Positions 50,780 through 60,518 of a stretch of DNA of 64,000 bases are shown here, in pieces (position 1 is the first letter of the stretch; the number at the start of each line of letters is the position of its first letter). The notes beneath the pieces were generated by a model that did no database searches, was not told the origin of the DNA, and saw only the letters and a list, made by a program, of their open reading frames with translations. The DNA comes from Limnothrix sp. BL-A-16 (GTDB lineage Bacteria > Cyanobacteriota > Cyanobacteriia > CACIAM-69d), in contig CP166615.1 in assembly GCA_041937175.2 (NCBI GenBank), positions 2,304,001 to 2,368,000 on the forward strand, written 5' to 3'. The position numbers and the translations under genes are program-made.

Positions 50780-51445
50780 ATGAAATTTTGGAACTTGAAT
50801 CGCCTTCAGATCACCCTCATGTCCATGGCCGCCGTTGCTGCCGTGGGGACTGCTGCCCTGGTGCCGTTGGCCAACGCCCAAGCGGGGCCCGATGATGATT
50901 GGATGTCGCAAATGGACGATCGCCCCGGCCCGGGTGGCCCCGGCGGCCCGGATGGTGGCCCTCCCGGTGGTCAACGGGGTGGTCGGGGTGGCCCCGGTGG
51001 CATGTTGCGCGACCTGAACTTGACCACCGAACAAACCCAAAAACTCGACCAAGTGCGCGAGCAATTCCGCAGCCGCATGGATCAACAAAGAACCGCGATC
51101 GACACCGTTCGCCAAGAAATGGGTCGCCTGATGGCCGGCAGCGCCAGCGCCGACCAACTGCGGCAGCAGCACAACCGCTTGCAGGCGGAAATGCAAAAAA
51201 TGGGTGATTTGCGCTTTGAAAGCATGTTGGCGATGCGGGAAATTTTGACCCCGGCCCAGCGGCAACAATTGGCTCAACGAATGCAGGAGCGCGGGCCGGG
51301 CCGGCGACATGGCGGCCCCGACGGCCAGGGTGGGCCCGGCGGTCGAGATCGGCAAGGGCAACCTAATAACCAAGGCGGCCAGGGCTGGAATCGGCAAGGA
51401 CAACCCAATAACCAAGGGCAGCCTAACAACCAACGGTCGCAATAG
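50780..51445 (+). CDS. Spy/CpxP-family periplasmic chaperone
   Basis: Signal peptide, two LTxxQ motifs (LTTEQ, LTPAQ), Gly/Pro- and QGQPNN-rich tails. Confidence 0.88.
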   Translation: MKFWNLNRLQITLMSMAAVAAVGTAALVPLANAQAGPDDDWMSQMDDRPGPGGPGGPDGGPPGGQRGGRGGPGGMLRDLNLTTEQTQKLDQVREQFRSRMDQQRTAIDTVRQEMGRLMAGSASADQLRQQHNRLQAEMQKMGDLRFESMLAMREILTPAQRQQLAQRMQERGPGRRHGGPDGQGGPGGRDRQGQPNNQGGQGWNRQGQPNNQGQPNNQRSQ

Positions 51446-51778
51446 AGCCGCAATAGGTTGGTGCTCTCCAGTTGAGTCTTCAAAGCGATTTTTCTAGGGA
51501 AATTGCTAGGGATTGGTTCGGAGAGTTTCCCAACGGTTTTTCGACCATTTTCCCAGCGCCAGCCAACTTCCCAGCGTTAGCCAGCGCTGCAACCTGATAG
51601 CCGTGTAGGATCGCCTGTCCTGCGCGGTTTTCTGCTGAGAATCTTCTGCCGCGAATCTAGTGAAAATTTGGTGAACATTTGACCAATCAGGGCGATCGCG
51701 ATGTTGGGATCGTAACTGTGGTGATCACGGCGATCATGCTGCTCGTTTGCTGTTTTTCCTTGGCTTGGATCCAGCTCT

Positions 51779-52438
51779 ATGCGCTATCTCTACCTGCACG
51801 GTTTTGCTTCGGGCCCCGGTTCATTTAAGGCCAGGGCCTTGACCGATCGATTTCAACAACATCAAATCGCCCTTGAAATTCCCGACTTTAATGAGGGGGG
51901 ATTCACCGGACTGACCCTCAGCCGCCAAATTCAGCAAGTGCAAGCCCTGATTAACCAAATGCCGGAGGAACCGATCGGGCTGATTGGTTCGAGCTTTGGT
52001 GGCTTGACGGCCCTGTGGGTGGCGGAACAATGCCCCCAGGTGCAACGGTTGGGGCTGTTGGCTCCGGCCTTGGGATTTCCCCAAAGTTGGTACGATCGCC
52101 TGTCGCCGGATCAATTAGCCCAATGGCAAAGGAGTGGTCAGTTGATGGTTTACCACTACACAGCCGGGAAAGAGTTGCCCTTGGGGTTGGGCTTTTGGGA
52201 AGATGCCCAGCGCTATGATCAGCCCAAGCTTCAGCGGGTGTTGCCAACGGTGATTTTGCATGGACGGGCCGATCGCACGGTGTCGATCGAGCTGAGTCGG
52301 CAATGGGTAGCGAGCCATCCTTGGGTGGAATTCATCGAACTGGAAACGGATCACGCCATGGGCGACGCGATCGAGCCGATTTGGCAAGCAATTGAGCGAT
52401 TTTTTCAGCTCCTCAACCCTCCCCAAATACTCCATTAG
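51779..52438 (+). CDS. YqiA/YcfP-family alpha/beta hydrolase (esterase)
   Basis: YLHGFASGP.S.KA, GSSFGG nucleophile elbow, HG..D and DH. Confidence 0.9.
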   Translation: MRYLYLHGFASGPGSFKARALTDRFQQHQIALEIPDFNEGGFTGLTLSRQIQQVQALINQMPEEPIGLIGSSFGGLTALWVAEQCPQVQRLGLLAPALGFPQSWYDRLSPDQLAQWQRSGQLMVYHYTAGKELPLGLGFWEDAQRYDQPKLQRVLPTVILHGRADRTVSIELSRQWVASHPWVEFIELETDHAMGDAIEPIWQAIERFFQLLNPPQILH

Positions 52439-52496
52439 TTTTGGGCTGAATAATTTTGGGCTGAATAGTTTTGGGCTGAATAGTTTTGGGCCGAAT
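52437..52496. repeat. 15-bp tandem repeat, 4 copies
   Basis: AGTTTTGGGCTGAAT units with minor variants. Confidence 0.85.
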
Positions 52497-52527
52497 CATT
52501 GCGGAAATCAAGAGCAAGATAGCCAGC

Positions 52528-54819
52528 ATGGTCATCACCAGCAGTCGAGATGAGATCGCTTGGCAACAGTTACGGGATGGTTTGCGGCCGGGCCAGCGGG
52601 AAATTGCCGATTGGACGGGCGGGCCCTTGGCGGTTTCGGCGGTACCGGGTGCGGGCAAGTCCACGGGCATGGCCCGAGCGGCGGCCCTGACGATCGCCCG
52701 GTTTCAGTTGGACGCGCGCCGCCAACTGGCCGTGGTGACCTTTACTCGATCGGCAGCGGCCCACCTGAAGGCCAAAATTCGCGAATCTCTGCAAACATTG
52801 GGCCTCCCGCGCCAGGGCTTCACGGTGCAAACCCTCCATGGCTTGGCCTTGCAAATTGCCGGACGCAATCCGGAACTGTCGGGCATGGAGCGCGATCGCA
52901 CCCTGGTGTCTCCCGATCGCCAGCACCGACTAATTGCCAATGCCGTTGATGATTGGATTACCCAAAACCCGGCCCTCTACGGGCTGTTGCTGGAGGGGTT
53001 GGAATTTGACGGGGAAGAGGCGGAACGGTTGCGGCGACTGTCCGTGTTGCGAACGGATTTGTTGCCGGAGTTGATGTTAACGGTGGTACGCGAGGCCAAA
53101 AGCTCGGGCCTGAAGCCCGCAGATTTGCAGCAAATGGGCCAAGCGCCGGAGCTGGCCACCGATCGCTATCCAGGTTTGGCGATCGCGGCGGGTCTCTACG
53201 AAGCCTATGAAGCCCAACTGCAACGGCGCAATGCGATCGACTATGACGACATGATTTTGGCGGCCTTGCGGGTTTTGGCGGATCCGGAGGCGGCGAACCT
53301 ATGGCGATCGCGCATTTTTGCGGTGTTTGAGGACGAAGCGCAGGACTCCTCACCCCTGCAAGCGCGACTGTTGGAACAGTTGGCGATCGACCCGGCCACG
53401 AACGCGGTGAACCTGGTGCGGGTGGGCGATCCCAATCAGGCGATTAACTCCTCCTTCACGCCGGCCGACCCGGTGTTCTTTCGGCGGTTTTGCCAAGCCT
53501 GTCGATCGCAGGGGCGGTTTGCCCAAATGGATCGATCAGGACGCAGCAGCTTGATCATTCTGGAAGCGGCCAACGTCCTGGTGCAGTGGACGAACGATCG
53601 GGAATTTCCCCGCCTCACCCAACAGATGGGCGCGCGATCGGCCCTGCCGCCCTTTGAGTTGCAATGCATTCAAGCGGCAGAACCCAACGATCCCCAGCCG
53701 AACGCCAACCCAACGCCGATCGGATTGGGGCTGGAGTTGGTGCGTCCCGCCGATATTCACCAGTCGATCGCTCAAATTGGCCAACGGGCGATCGACCTGT
53801 GGGCCAAGACCCCCGATCTCAGCTTGGCGATTTTGGTGCGCACCAATGATCAGGGGCGCTGGGTGGCCAAATCCTTGGGCGATCGATTTGGCGATCGGCT
53901 CAATCTTTACGAAGTGGGAGCCAGCGATCGCCAATCCCACGTACCTGGGGAAATGTTGACCCTGCTGCAATTTCTCGATCGGCCCCACTCGCCCCAATAC
54001 CTGAAGGCCCTGCTGCGGGTTTTGGTCGATCGACAACGAATCCCCACCCAAGACCTGGACAGCCTGGCCGCCCAGCCCGAACAGTTTCTTTATCCGGGGC
54101 CGTTGGATCCACCCTTAGCAGACTCAGCCCGCCAGGCCCGGCGGATTTGTGCCGGCATTTTGGCCGCCCGGTTGCATTTGCCCCACTACGCTCTCCTGTC
54201 CTTTTTGGCCATGACCTTGGGCTACGATCGCGCCGAGCTGGCCACCACCGACAAATTAATCGAAACCCTCGTGCAGCGCGATCGGGGTGACCAACGGCTA
54301 GAAACCACCTTGAACAACCTCGCTGAAATTGTCAGCAACGAAACCTTCGCTCCCGTCGAAGCTGAGGAGTTGCCCGAGTCCCCCTACACCCGTTCCGGTC
54401 AGCTCACCATCATCACCGCCCACAAAGCCAAGGGTCTCGACTGGGATGGGGTCTTTTTGCCCTTCCTCCACAGCGACTATTTCAGCACCGAAGCGCGTGT
54501 GCCTTTGCAAATGGAGTTTTTAGGGGCATTTAACTTGGGTGATTGTTTACGGGCCCAAATTCGCGATCGGGTGCATGGAGCCGCCAAACTTCCCCCGATC
54601 GCGATCGCCACCCACCAAGCCCGTTGGTTAAAAGTGGCCGAAGAATATCGCCTGCTTTACGTGGCCATGACCCGGGCGAAGCGACTGCTGTGGATGGCGG
54701 CCGAACAACAAGCCCCCTTCACCTGGAACAAGCCCGAAAACCTCACCACCAAAACGCCCTGCCCTGCATTTTTGGCTTTGGAGGCGGACTTTCCCGAATG
54801 CAAGCGATCGGCTCCCTAG
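52528..54819 (+). CDS. UvrD/REP-family ATP-dependent helicase
   Basis: AVPGAGKS, VTFT, DEAQD, VGDPNQAI, TAHKAKGL, RLLYVAMTRAK. Confidence 0.93.
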   Translation: MVITSSRDEIAWQQLRDGLRPGQREIADWTGGPLAVSAVPGAGKSTGMARAAALTIARFQLDARRQLAVVTFTRSAAAHLKAKIRESLQTLGLPRQGFTVQTLHGLALQIAGRNPELSGMERDRTLVSPDRQHRLIANAVDDWITQNPALYGLLLEGLEFDGEEAERLRRLSVLRTDLLPELMLTVVREAKSSGLKPADLQQMGQAPELATDRYPGLAIAAGLYEAYEAQLQRRNAIDYDDMILAALRVLADPEAANLWRSRIFAVFEDEAQDSSPLQARLLEQLAIDPATNAVNLVRVGDPNQAINSSFTPADPVFFRRFCQACRSQGRFAQMDRSGRSSLIILEAANVLVQWTNDREFPRLTQQMGARSALPPFELQCIQAAEPNDPQPNANPTPIGLGLELVRPADIHQSIAQIGQRAIDLWAKTPDLSLAILVRTNDQGRWVAKSLGDRFGDRLNLYEVGASDRQSHVPGEMLTLLQFLDRPHSPQYLKALLRVLVDRQRIPTQDLDSLAAQPEQFLYPGPLDPPLADSARQARRICAGILAARLHLPHYALLSFLAMTLGYDRAELATTDKLIETLVQRDRGDQRLETTLNNLAEIVSNETFAPVEAEELPESPYTRSGQLTIITAHKAKGLDWDGVFLPFLHSDYFSTEARVPLQMEFLGAFNLGDCLRAQIRDRVHGAAKLPPIAIATHQARWLKVAEEYRLLYVAMTRAKRLLWMAAEQQAPFTWNKPENLTTKTPCPAFLALEADFPECKRSAP

Positions 54820-54822
54820 CTC

Positions 54823-54878
54823 AACCGCAACCAACAACCGCAACCAACAACCGCAATCAACAACCGCAACCAATAACC
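54823..54878. repeat. 13-bp tandem repeat, about 4 copies
   Basis: CAACCGCAACCAA units. Confidence 0.8.
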
Positions 54879-54881
54879 TCG

Positions 54882-55011
54882 AAGGATGTCTGAGAAGTGG
54901 CTTGGGATACTTGTAAAGCGCTAGTAGTCGTGGGGCAAGGGGCTTAAGCCCCTTGTCTTCGTCGAGCAAGGTAACCCACAAGGTAGCAGCTTTGGCCGTT
55001 CAGGCATCCTC
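54882..55011. mobile_element. MITE-like element, family B
   Basis: TIRs AGGATGTCTGA/TCAGGCATCCT around the same central palindrome (54936-54955); right arm homologous to 35078-35154. Confidence 0.65.
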
Positions 55012-55227
55012 TCAACAAACAATGCAAAAGGGACTGGCCGAAACCAATCCCTTTTCCAAAAACCCTTTTCAGAGTTGTTCGCCAGAGCACTTTGCAGCAG
55101 CAAATCTAGAGAGTCTTGAGACTGGATCTAAACTCCGCTGCTTCACTCCGCCGATTTAGACTCCACCAGCATTGATCACGATTCGGCCTTGAAACCGAAT
55201 GCAACAACCAGAGCAGGAGGGGCTAAT

Positions 55228-55881
55228 TTACCACAGACCTTGAATCGGGCCCGAGGGAACCATCGGCGCGGAAGGAGCCACAAACGGACGTTGCTCAACC
55301 ACCACGTCACGGCACTGACGATCCATGCTCACGGGGGTGGCACGGCCGATGAACTGACGGCACACGGCCTTGCCGGAAGCATTCAGCACAATATCGCGCG
55401 ACAGCTCTTGGCCATCCTTGTTGTAGATGAACACTTCGTTACCAGTCAGGTCACGGATCAACACCGGGCCAGCCTTCATGCACTCTTGCACTTCGCGCGA
55501 CCAAGCTTGGAAACGCGAGTTGCAGATACCCCGGTGAATATCGAGATCTTCGAAGGTAATTTTGTTGTCGCTGTTGCAATCACCAAATTGGTGAATCTTG
55601 TAGCGATCGGTGATCGGGGTGCTGGTGGTGATGCTGCTCTCTTTCTTCATCGAGAGGTCGATCGGGAACTCAAAGCTCTTGCGCAGAGCTGCACCGGTCG
55701 GATCGGTCACCACGCGCAGGCGAGGGCCATCGTAGTAGGTTCCATAGACCACCTCTTGAGCAAGGCTTTGCTCGTGGTAGTCAACTTTGATGTGGGGGTT
55801 CAACGCAGGTGCAGCTTGGGCCACCGTAGGCACGCTAGCCGCCACCAGGGAAACCAAGCCCCAAAATGCTTTCGATTTCAT
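55228..55881 (-). CDS. Secreted hypothetical protein with a dockerin/EF-hand-like loop
   Basis: Signal peptide MKSKAFWGL...AQA, GDCNSDNKITFEDL, Pro-rich tail ending PIQGLW. Confidence 0.78.
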   Translation of the reverse strand: MKSKAFWGLVSLVAASVPTVAQAAPALNPHIKVDYHEQSLAQEVVYGTYYDGPRLRVVTDPTGAALRKSFEFPIDLSMKKESSITTSTPITDRYKIHQFGDCNSDNKITFEDLDIHRGICNSRFQAWSREVQECMKAGPVLIRDLTGNEVFIYNKDGQELSRDIVLNASGKAVCRQFIGRATPVSMDRQCRDVVVEQRPFVAPSAPMVPSGPIQGLW

Positions 55882-56001
55882 AGGTGCTGTGGGTCTTTCT
55901 CGTCGGTTGGAAACGAGCATACCGCTTTGGCGGCAGCCCGCAGGGTCGGTGGTGCGGAGCTTCCAATTACTCTAACAGATTGCCTGAAGTTGACCAGCTA
56001 A

Positions 56002-56030
56002 CAAAAACGGCAGGCGCGGGGCCTGCCGTT
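56002..56030 (-). terminator. Intrinsic terminator of the hetZ-like gene
   Basis: AACGGCAGGC/GCCTGCCGTT stem followed by a T tract on the minus strand. Confidence 0.72.
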
Positions 56031-56101
56031 GAATTTCGTCGTTACCGAAGGAGCTGAATTCCTGGGCGATCAGCCCCCAGAAGGGGAAATGAGGCGATCG
56101 C

Positions 56102-57358
56102 CTAGGCCTCTTGCAGAAGGGTCACTTCACCGTTGCGCACTTGCCAAGCAAAGGTCAGCAGCTTGAACCAGCGCTTTTGCACCTGTTTGGGGGTGCAGCC
56201 GATCGCCTTGCCAATGGTTTTTTCGTCTTTTTGAGCTTGCTTCAGTTGCACCAGTTGCTGTTGCTCGGGGGTCAGTTCCTCCCAAAACAAAGTCCACAGC
56301 GCACCGGACATCCCTAGGCGATCGCCCACATCGGCCCCGAGCCACTGGTGAACCAATTCCCAGTTGTGCATCCGGGAAAAGCGCTCCACATGATACTTAA
56401 ACCGTTGTTGCAGATAGTCGCGCTGGCGAGGGCTGAGGCCCAATACTTCGTCAATTTCCGGGGCAGACAGGTCTTGCATTTTCAGGGCCAGGTAATCCAC
56501 GCAGTCGTGGTGACCTTGGTTGCGCAGATAGTCCACCAGTTCGTTCAAGATTCGATCGCGCAGAACCGCTTCCGCTGGGTCGATCGCCTCCGAAACCATT
56601 TGCTCGCGCACTTGCTGCACGGCACTGCTGCGGGCATATTGTTCAGCCTCTTCGCCTTTGCCCCCTTCCACGGCCAATTCCATGTCGATCGCCACTTCCG
56701 GCGGTTGGCGACGGGCAAAGCTTTTCGCCCGCAGCACGATCAACTGTTGGTTGCGGCAACCGGGCAGGGAAATGCGGCGCTTGGCATATTGCTCCGCGAA
56801 GGAGAGATATTCAGCCAACTCCAGCCGGGTGCGGGGCTGGTAAGTCTCAAGCAAGTCGTTTTCCCGCCGGAAAGCCCGCAGGGATTCGATGTAAAACGCC
56901 TGCATGAAATCTTCAATCAGGGTGTAGCGAGCCTGGAAGCTCAGTTCCGCTTGGGCCGGAGCAATGTAGCGATAGACCATGGCGCTGAGGGTGCTGTGCA
57001 GTTCCACTCGGCCACGCTCGGAGCCGCGCTTATAGTAAGCCAGGCATTTTTGGAGCCGGTGACGAGCCAGGGACAGGGCCCAATCGTCCACTTGACCGGA
57101 GGCTTGGATCCGATCGCTCTTTTGGCAAACGCGGCTGACTTCGTTCAGGATGCGCTCAACCGTGGCGATCGCTCGGGTGGGCATTTGCCCCACCGAATTC
57201 ACCACCTCATCCAACAACATCTGTACTTGGGCGCTGGCATCGGCGGGGGCTGGCACAAGGCTGAGGGCAACGGTCGCGGCGGGAACGGGGCTGGAAGGGC
57301 GGCGGACTTGGGGGGCGGTGGCCAGTTGAGCGTTCACGATTCTTACCTCAGGATGCAC
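56102..57358 (-). CDS. HetZ-related regulator
   Basis: GRVELHSTLSA.VYRYI, LIEDF.Q.FY.E.L.AFRRE, RQRDYLQQRFKYH, WELVHQWLGA. Confidence 0.85.
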   Translation of the reverse strand: MHPEVRIVNAQLATAPQVRRPSSPVPAATVALSLVPAPADASAQVQMLLDEVVNSVGQMPTRAIATVERILNEVSRVCQKSDRIQASGQVDDWALSLARHRLQKCLAYYKRGSERGRVELHSTLSAMVYRYIAPAQAELSFQARYTLIEDFMQAFYIESLRAFRRENDLLETYQPRTRLELAEYLSFAEQYAKRRISLPGCRNQQLIVLRAKSFARRQPPEVAIDMELAVEGGKGEEAEQYARSSAVQQVREQMVSEAIDPAEAVLRDRILNELVDYLRNQGHHDCVDYLALKMQDLSAPEIDEVLGLSPRQRDYLQQRFKYHVERFSRMHNWELVHQWLGADVGDRLGMSGALWTLFWEELTPEQQQLVQLKQAQKDEKTIGKAIGCTPKQVQKRWFKLLTFAWQVRNGEVTLLQEA

Positions 57359-57895
57359 AACACAACGGTGACGACGAAGGTTGTCGGGGAAGCGCTTGGG
57401 AGGTGCGTTTCTCTTGACAGCTTCACTCTACGGAGCTAGCCCCAGTGCCGATCGCGCGTCTGTGTCACTGGCTCGATCGCAATCGGCCCCCTGTTTCGGG
57501 GCGATCGACCATCGCAGACACCTAAAACGCCCAAGGGCAGATGGGGTAAAGCTTGTGGCGGCCTGTTTCCGAGGCTATCCAGCTTGGCAACCGCCCCTGA
57601 AACCGTCGCTTTCCTCAGCCAGTTGACCAACCGGATCGAAACAGCGCATTTTTGAGGATGGGGTTGCGGATTTGCCGGGTTGCACAATCCTCCCTGCCAA
57701 TGTTTCGGGCAAGGGGGCGAGGATCCGGATCTGCGCCGCCGAATGCTGGGGCATTCAAGCCAAGAGCCGCCCGATCGCCGTGGTTCAAAGTGTTGTGCGC
57801 TCAGAGGATGCCTGAATCGTCAAAAATTCTCCGAAATTTTCCGACCGCCTCGCAGACCCCAAACAGCAGCATTCAAAATTTCTTGAGCAATTTGC

Positions 57896-57925
57896 TTGAC
57901 AAACCCTAGCGGCGGCGATTATCTT
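57896..57925 (+). promoter_or_regulatory. Sigma70-type promoter of tRNA-Asn
   Basis: TTGACA-N18-TATCTT ending 22 nt before the tRNA. Confidence 0.6.
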
Positions 57926-57947
57926 AGTTTCCGCGTTGGACGCGCAT

Positions 57948-58019
57948 TCCTCAGTAGCTCAGCGGTAGAGCGGTCGACTGTTAATCGATTGGTCACAGGT
58001 TCGAATCCTGTCTGGGGAG
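57948..58019 (+). tRNA. trnN: tRNA-Asn(GTT)
   Basis: 72-nt cloverleaf: acceptor TCCTCAG/CTGGGGA, anticodon loop CTGTTAA, T-loop GTTCGAATC; CCA not encoded. Confidence 0.98.
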
Positions 58020-58041
58020 TTTCTAAAATCTCGAATGCAGA

Positions 58042-58061
58042 CAAGGGGCTTAAGCCCCTTG
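58042..58061. repeat. Stand-alone 20-bp palindrome
   Basis: CAAGGGGCTTAAGCCCCTTG, identical to the MITE core; a 1-mismatch copy lies at 14349-14368. Confidence 0.85.
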
Positions 58062-58096
58062 CTCCGAAGTCCAGCAACCACAACGGCTAACTGGGG

Positions 58097-59038
58097 CTAA
58101 CTGGGGCGAACCTGTCGATCGCGGATCAGGTTCATGAAAAAGTCCTCCAGGGAAGGGCGCTGAAGGTTCAGGCTCAGCACTTGGGCTTGGGCCTGGTCGA
58201 TCGCCCGCAGAAACTCAGCCGGATCGCCCTTCAGCAAGCCGCGCCAGTGATCTCCCTGAAAATCCGCCTCCGTTAGCCACGACGCGATCGCCTCCGGTGA
58301 CCCCCCTCGGCCCACAACGCGATAGGTACTGCTGGGGCCCAGTAGTTCATCCAGAGATCCCACACAGAGCAACTCTCCCTGGGCCAAGATCGCCACCCGA
58401 TCGCACACTTGCTCCACATCGGAGAGGATGTGGCTGTTGAAAAAAATCGTTTTGCCGCGCTCTTTCAGAGTCAACACAATTTCCCGAAACTGATGCCGCC
58501 CGATCGGGTCAAGGCCCGACATTGGCTCATCTAGAAAAATCACCTCCGGATCATTGATCAGCGCTTGGGCCATGCCCACCCGCTGCAACATGCCTTTGGA
58601 ATATTGCTTCATCAACTTCTTGCGGGCCGCCGTTTCGGAAAGCTGCACCCAATCAAGCAGTTCCACGATGCGCTTTTGGGCAACGGCACGCGGAATTTGA
58701 AACAGGGCCGCCGCCTGCTCCAAATATTCCCAACCAGTCAGGTGGTCATAGAAATAGGCATTTTCCGGCAAATAGCCCACCCGCTGCTTCACGGCTCGAT
58801 CGCCCAAGGGCCGCCCCAGCACCGTGCCACTGCCGGCCGTGGGGTTGGCAATCCCCAGCAAAATCTTGAGCAGGGTGGTTTTGCCCGCCCCGTTGGGCCC
58901 CAACAGGCCAAAGGTCTCGCCCGATCGCACCGCCAAGGACACGCCCCGCAGGGTGGTGACCAATTGATTGAGCCAAAAACCAGTGCGGTAGGTTTTGCGA
59001 ATGTTGTGGGCTTCAACAATCCAGGATTCCAGTTCCAT
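58097..59038 (-). CDS. ABC transporter ATP-binding protein (ABC-2/exporter type)
   Basis: GPNGAGKT, YSKGM, LDEP and NSH motifs. Confidence 0.93.
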   Translation of the reverse strand: MELESWIVEAHNIRKTYRTGFWLNQLVTTLRGVSLAVRSGETFGLLGPNGAGKTTLLKILLGIANPTAGSGTVLGRPLGDRAVKQRVGYLPENAYFYDHLTGWEYLEQAAALFQIPRAVAQKRIVELLDWVQLSETAARKKLMKQYSKGMLQRVGMAQALINDPEVIFLDEPMSGLDPIGRHQFREIVLTLKERGKTIFFNSHILSDVEQVCDRVAILAQGELLCVGSLDELLGPSSTYRVVGRGGSPEAIASWLTEADFQGDHWRGLLKGDPAEFLRAIDQAQAQVLSLNLQRPSLEDFFMNLIRDRQVRPS

Positions 59039-59680
59039 AGCAACGCAGCAAGGTTAATGCAGCAAGATCAAAACAGTACAGGTCAAGACAATAAAGGCCG
59101 ATCGGGGCGGGATGCATTCGGCGCAGCAAGATCAATCCCGCACAGACCCATGCAGCACAGATCGATCAATGCGGACAATGCGGATCGATCACTGTGGATC
59201 GATCAATGCGGAATGCATCTGGATCCCAACTAATGCACCCATTGAGTCGCAATCCCCATTGTGCCGTTGATTCAGCCTGTAGATGTGGGTTCCGCAGCGG
59301 GCCACCGGACGATCTCCCTTGGCCCGGCGCACCTTAGACTGAAGAATGCACAAGGCCCCTGTTGGGCCCGTGACTGAGACGCTGGGACATGGATTAACCC
59401 AGCCAACTCGGTCAATTCCGAACATACCGCGAAAACATCCTGAACCTTGCGAGGAACCCCCATGACCCGATCAAAGTGGGTAGCCATTGCCACTGGCGCA
59501 ATTTCGTTGCTGTTGGGGGCGATTTATCTGATTGTGGTGCAAATCCTAGACAGCCGGGAAATGGTTCCAGCGCCCATTCTGGAATGGTTGCCCATGGGTT
59601 TCTAGGACGCTTTATTCATTCAAGATTTAGTTCATTCAAAGTTCAGTTCATTCAAATCATTCAAAAATTCAACAATCATC

Positions 59681-60439
59681 ATGACTTCTGAAATGTCTTT
59701 GGAATCGCCTGTCAAGTCAGGTTCCTTACGCGATCGACTGCATCCCACCATTACCGCCGTTGCCAACGCGATCGAGCAAATTTGGCGATCAGAATTGAGC
59801 CTGGAACCCTACCAAATGCCTGAGGATTTGGGGTATGTGGAAGGAACCCTGGAAGGCGAAAAATTAATTATTGAAAATCGCTGCTACCAAACTCGCGAAT
59901 TTCGCAAAATTCACCTGGAATTGGCGCAAGTGGGCAGCGCCTTGGATATTTTGCATTGTGTCATGTTTCCGCGATCGACCTTTGCTCTGCCCATGTTTGG
60001 TTCTGATTTGGTGGCTGGGCGCGGGCAATTGAGCATGGCGATCGCGGACTTGTCACCCGTAATGGACGATCGCGCCCTGCCCAGCCCCTATGACCAAGCC
60101 CTCAGCGCCTTGCCGGAATTGGTTTTCAGCCAAGAACGAACATTCCCCAGTTGGGGCACCATTTTTTCCGCTCACTGCCTGTTTGTGCGGCCCGAAAATG
60201 CCCAGGAAGAAGCACAAATTGTGACCCGCATTGGTGATTTTTTGCGGCTGCATTGTCAACAGGCGATCGCCCTTTCTCCCACAGAAGATGCCGCTGAAAT
60301 TGCCGCCATTGAAATGGGTCAGCGGCGCTATTGCCAACAGCAACTGCAAAACGATAAAACTCGCCGCGTGTTGGAAAAAGCCTTTGGAGCCGATTGGGCC
60401 GATCGCTACATGACCACTGTTCTTTTTGATGTTGTCTAG
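59681..60439 (+). CDS. pcyA: Phycocyanobilin:ferredoxin oxidoreductase
   Basis: FRKIHLELA, LDILHCVMFP, PMFG.DLV, QQLQNDKTRRVLEKAFG. Confidence 0.96.
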   Translation: MTSEMSLESPVKSGSLRDRLHPTITAVANAIEQIWRSELSLEPYQMPEDLGYVEGTLEGEKLIIENRCYQTREFRKIHLELAQVGSALDILHCVMFPRSTFALPMFGSDLVAGRGQLSMAIADLSPVMDDRALPSPYDQALSALPELVFSQERTFPSWGTIFSAHCLFVRPENAQEEAQIVTRIGDFLRLHCQQAIALSPTEDAAEIAAIEMGQRRYCQQQLQNDKTRRVLEKAFGADWADRYMTTVLFDVV

Positions 60440-60518
60440 ACGGTATTACACAGAGATTTAACCCGCTTTAACTGGACTAGCTGCCCTGGACTGGCTGAAA
60501 TTGATGGTTGCTGAACCA

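Noticed and set aside
52528..54819. UvrD helicase as part of a Gabija-type defence system
   Set aside because: No adjacent OLD/TOPRIM nuclease; host-like composition and ordinary neighbours
56348..57439. 363-aa plus-strand ORF
   Set aside because: Antisense shadow of the hetZ-like gene with no recognisable motifs
57724..57729. DIF1 motif TCCGGA upstream of the hetZ-like gene, and an RGRGSGS peptide in ORF 57652-57909 as PatS/PatX-like
   Set aside because: The hexamer is common and lacks a convincing downstream -10; the peptide is not RGSGR
57948..58061. tRNA-Asn as an island or prophage attachment site
   Set aside because: No integrase, and no duplicated tRNA 3' end seen in the window
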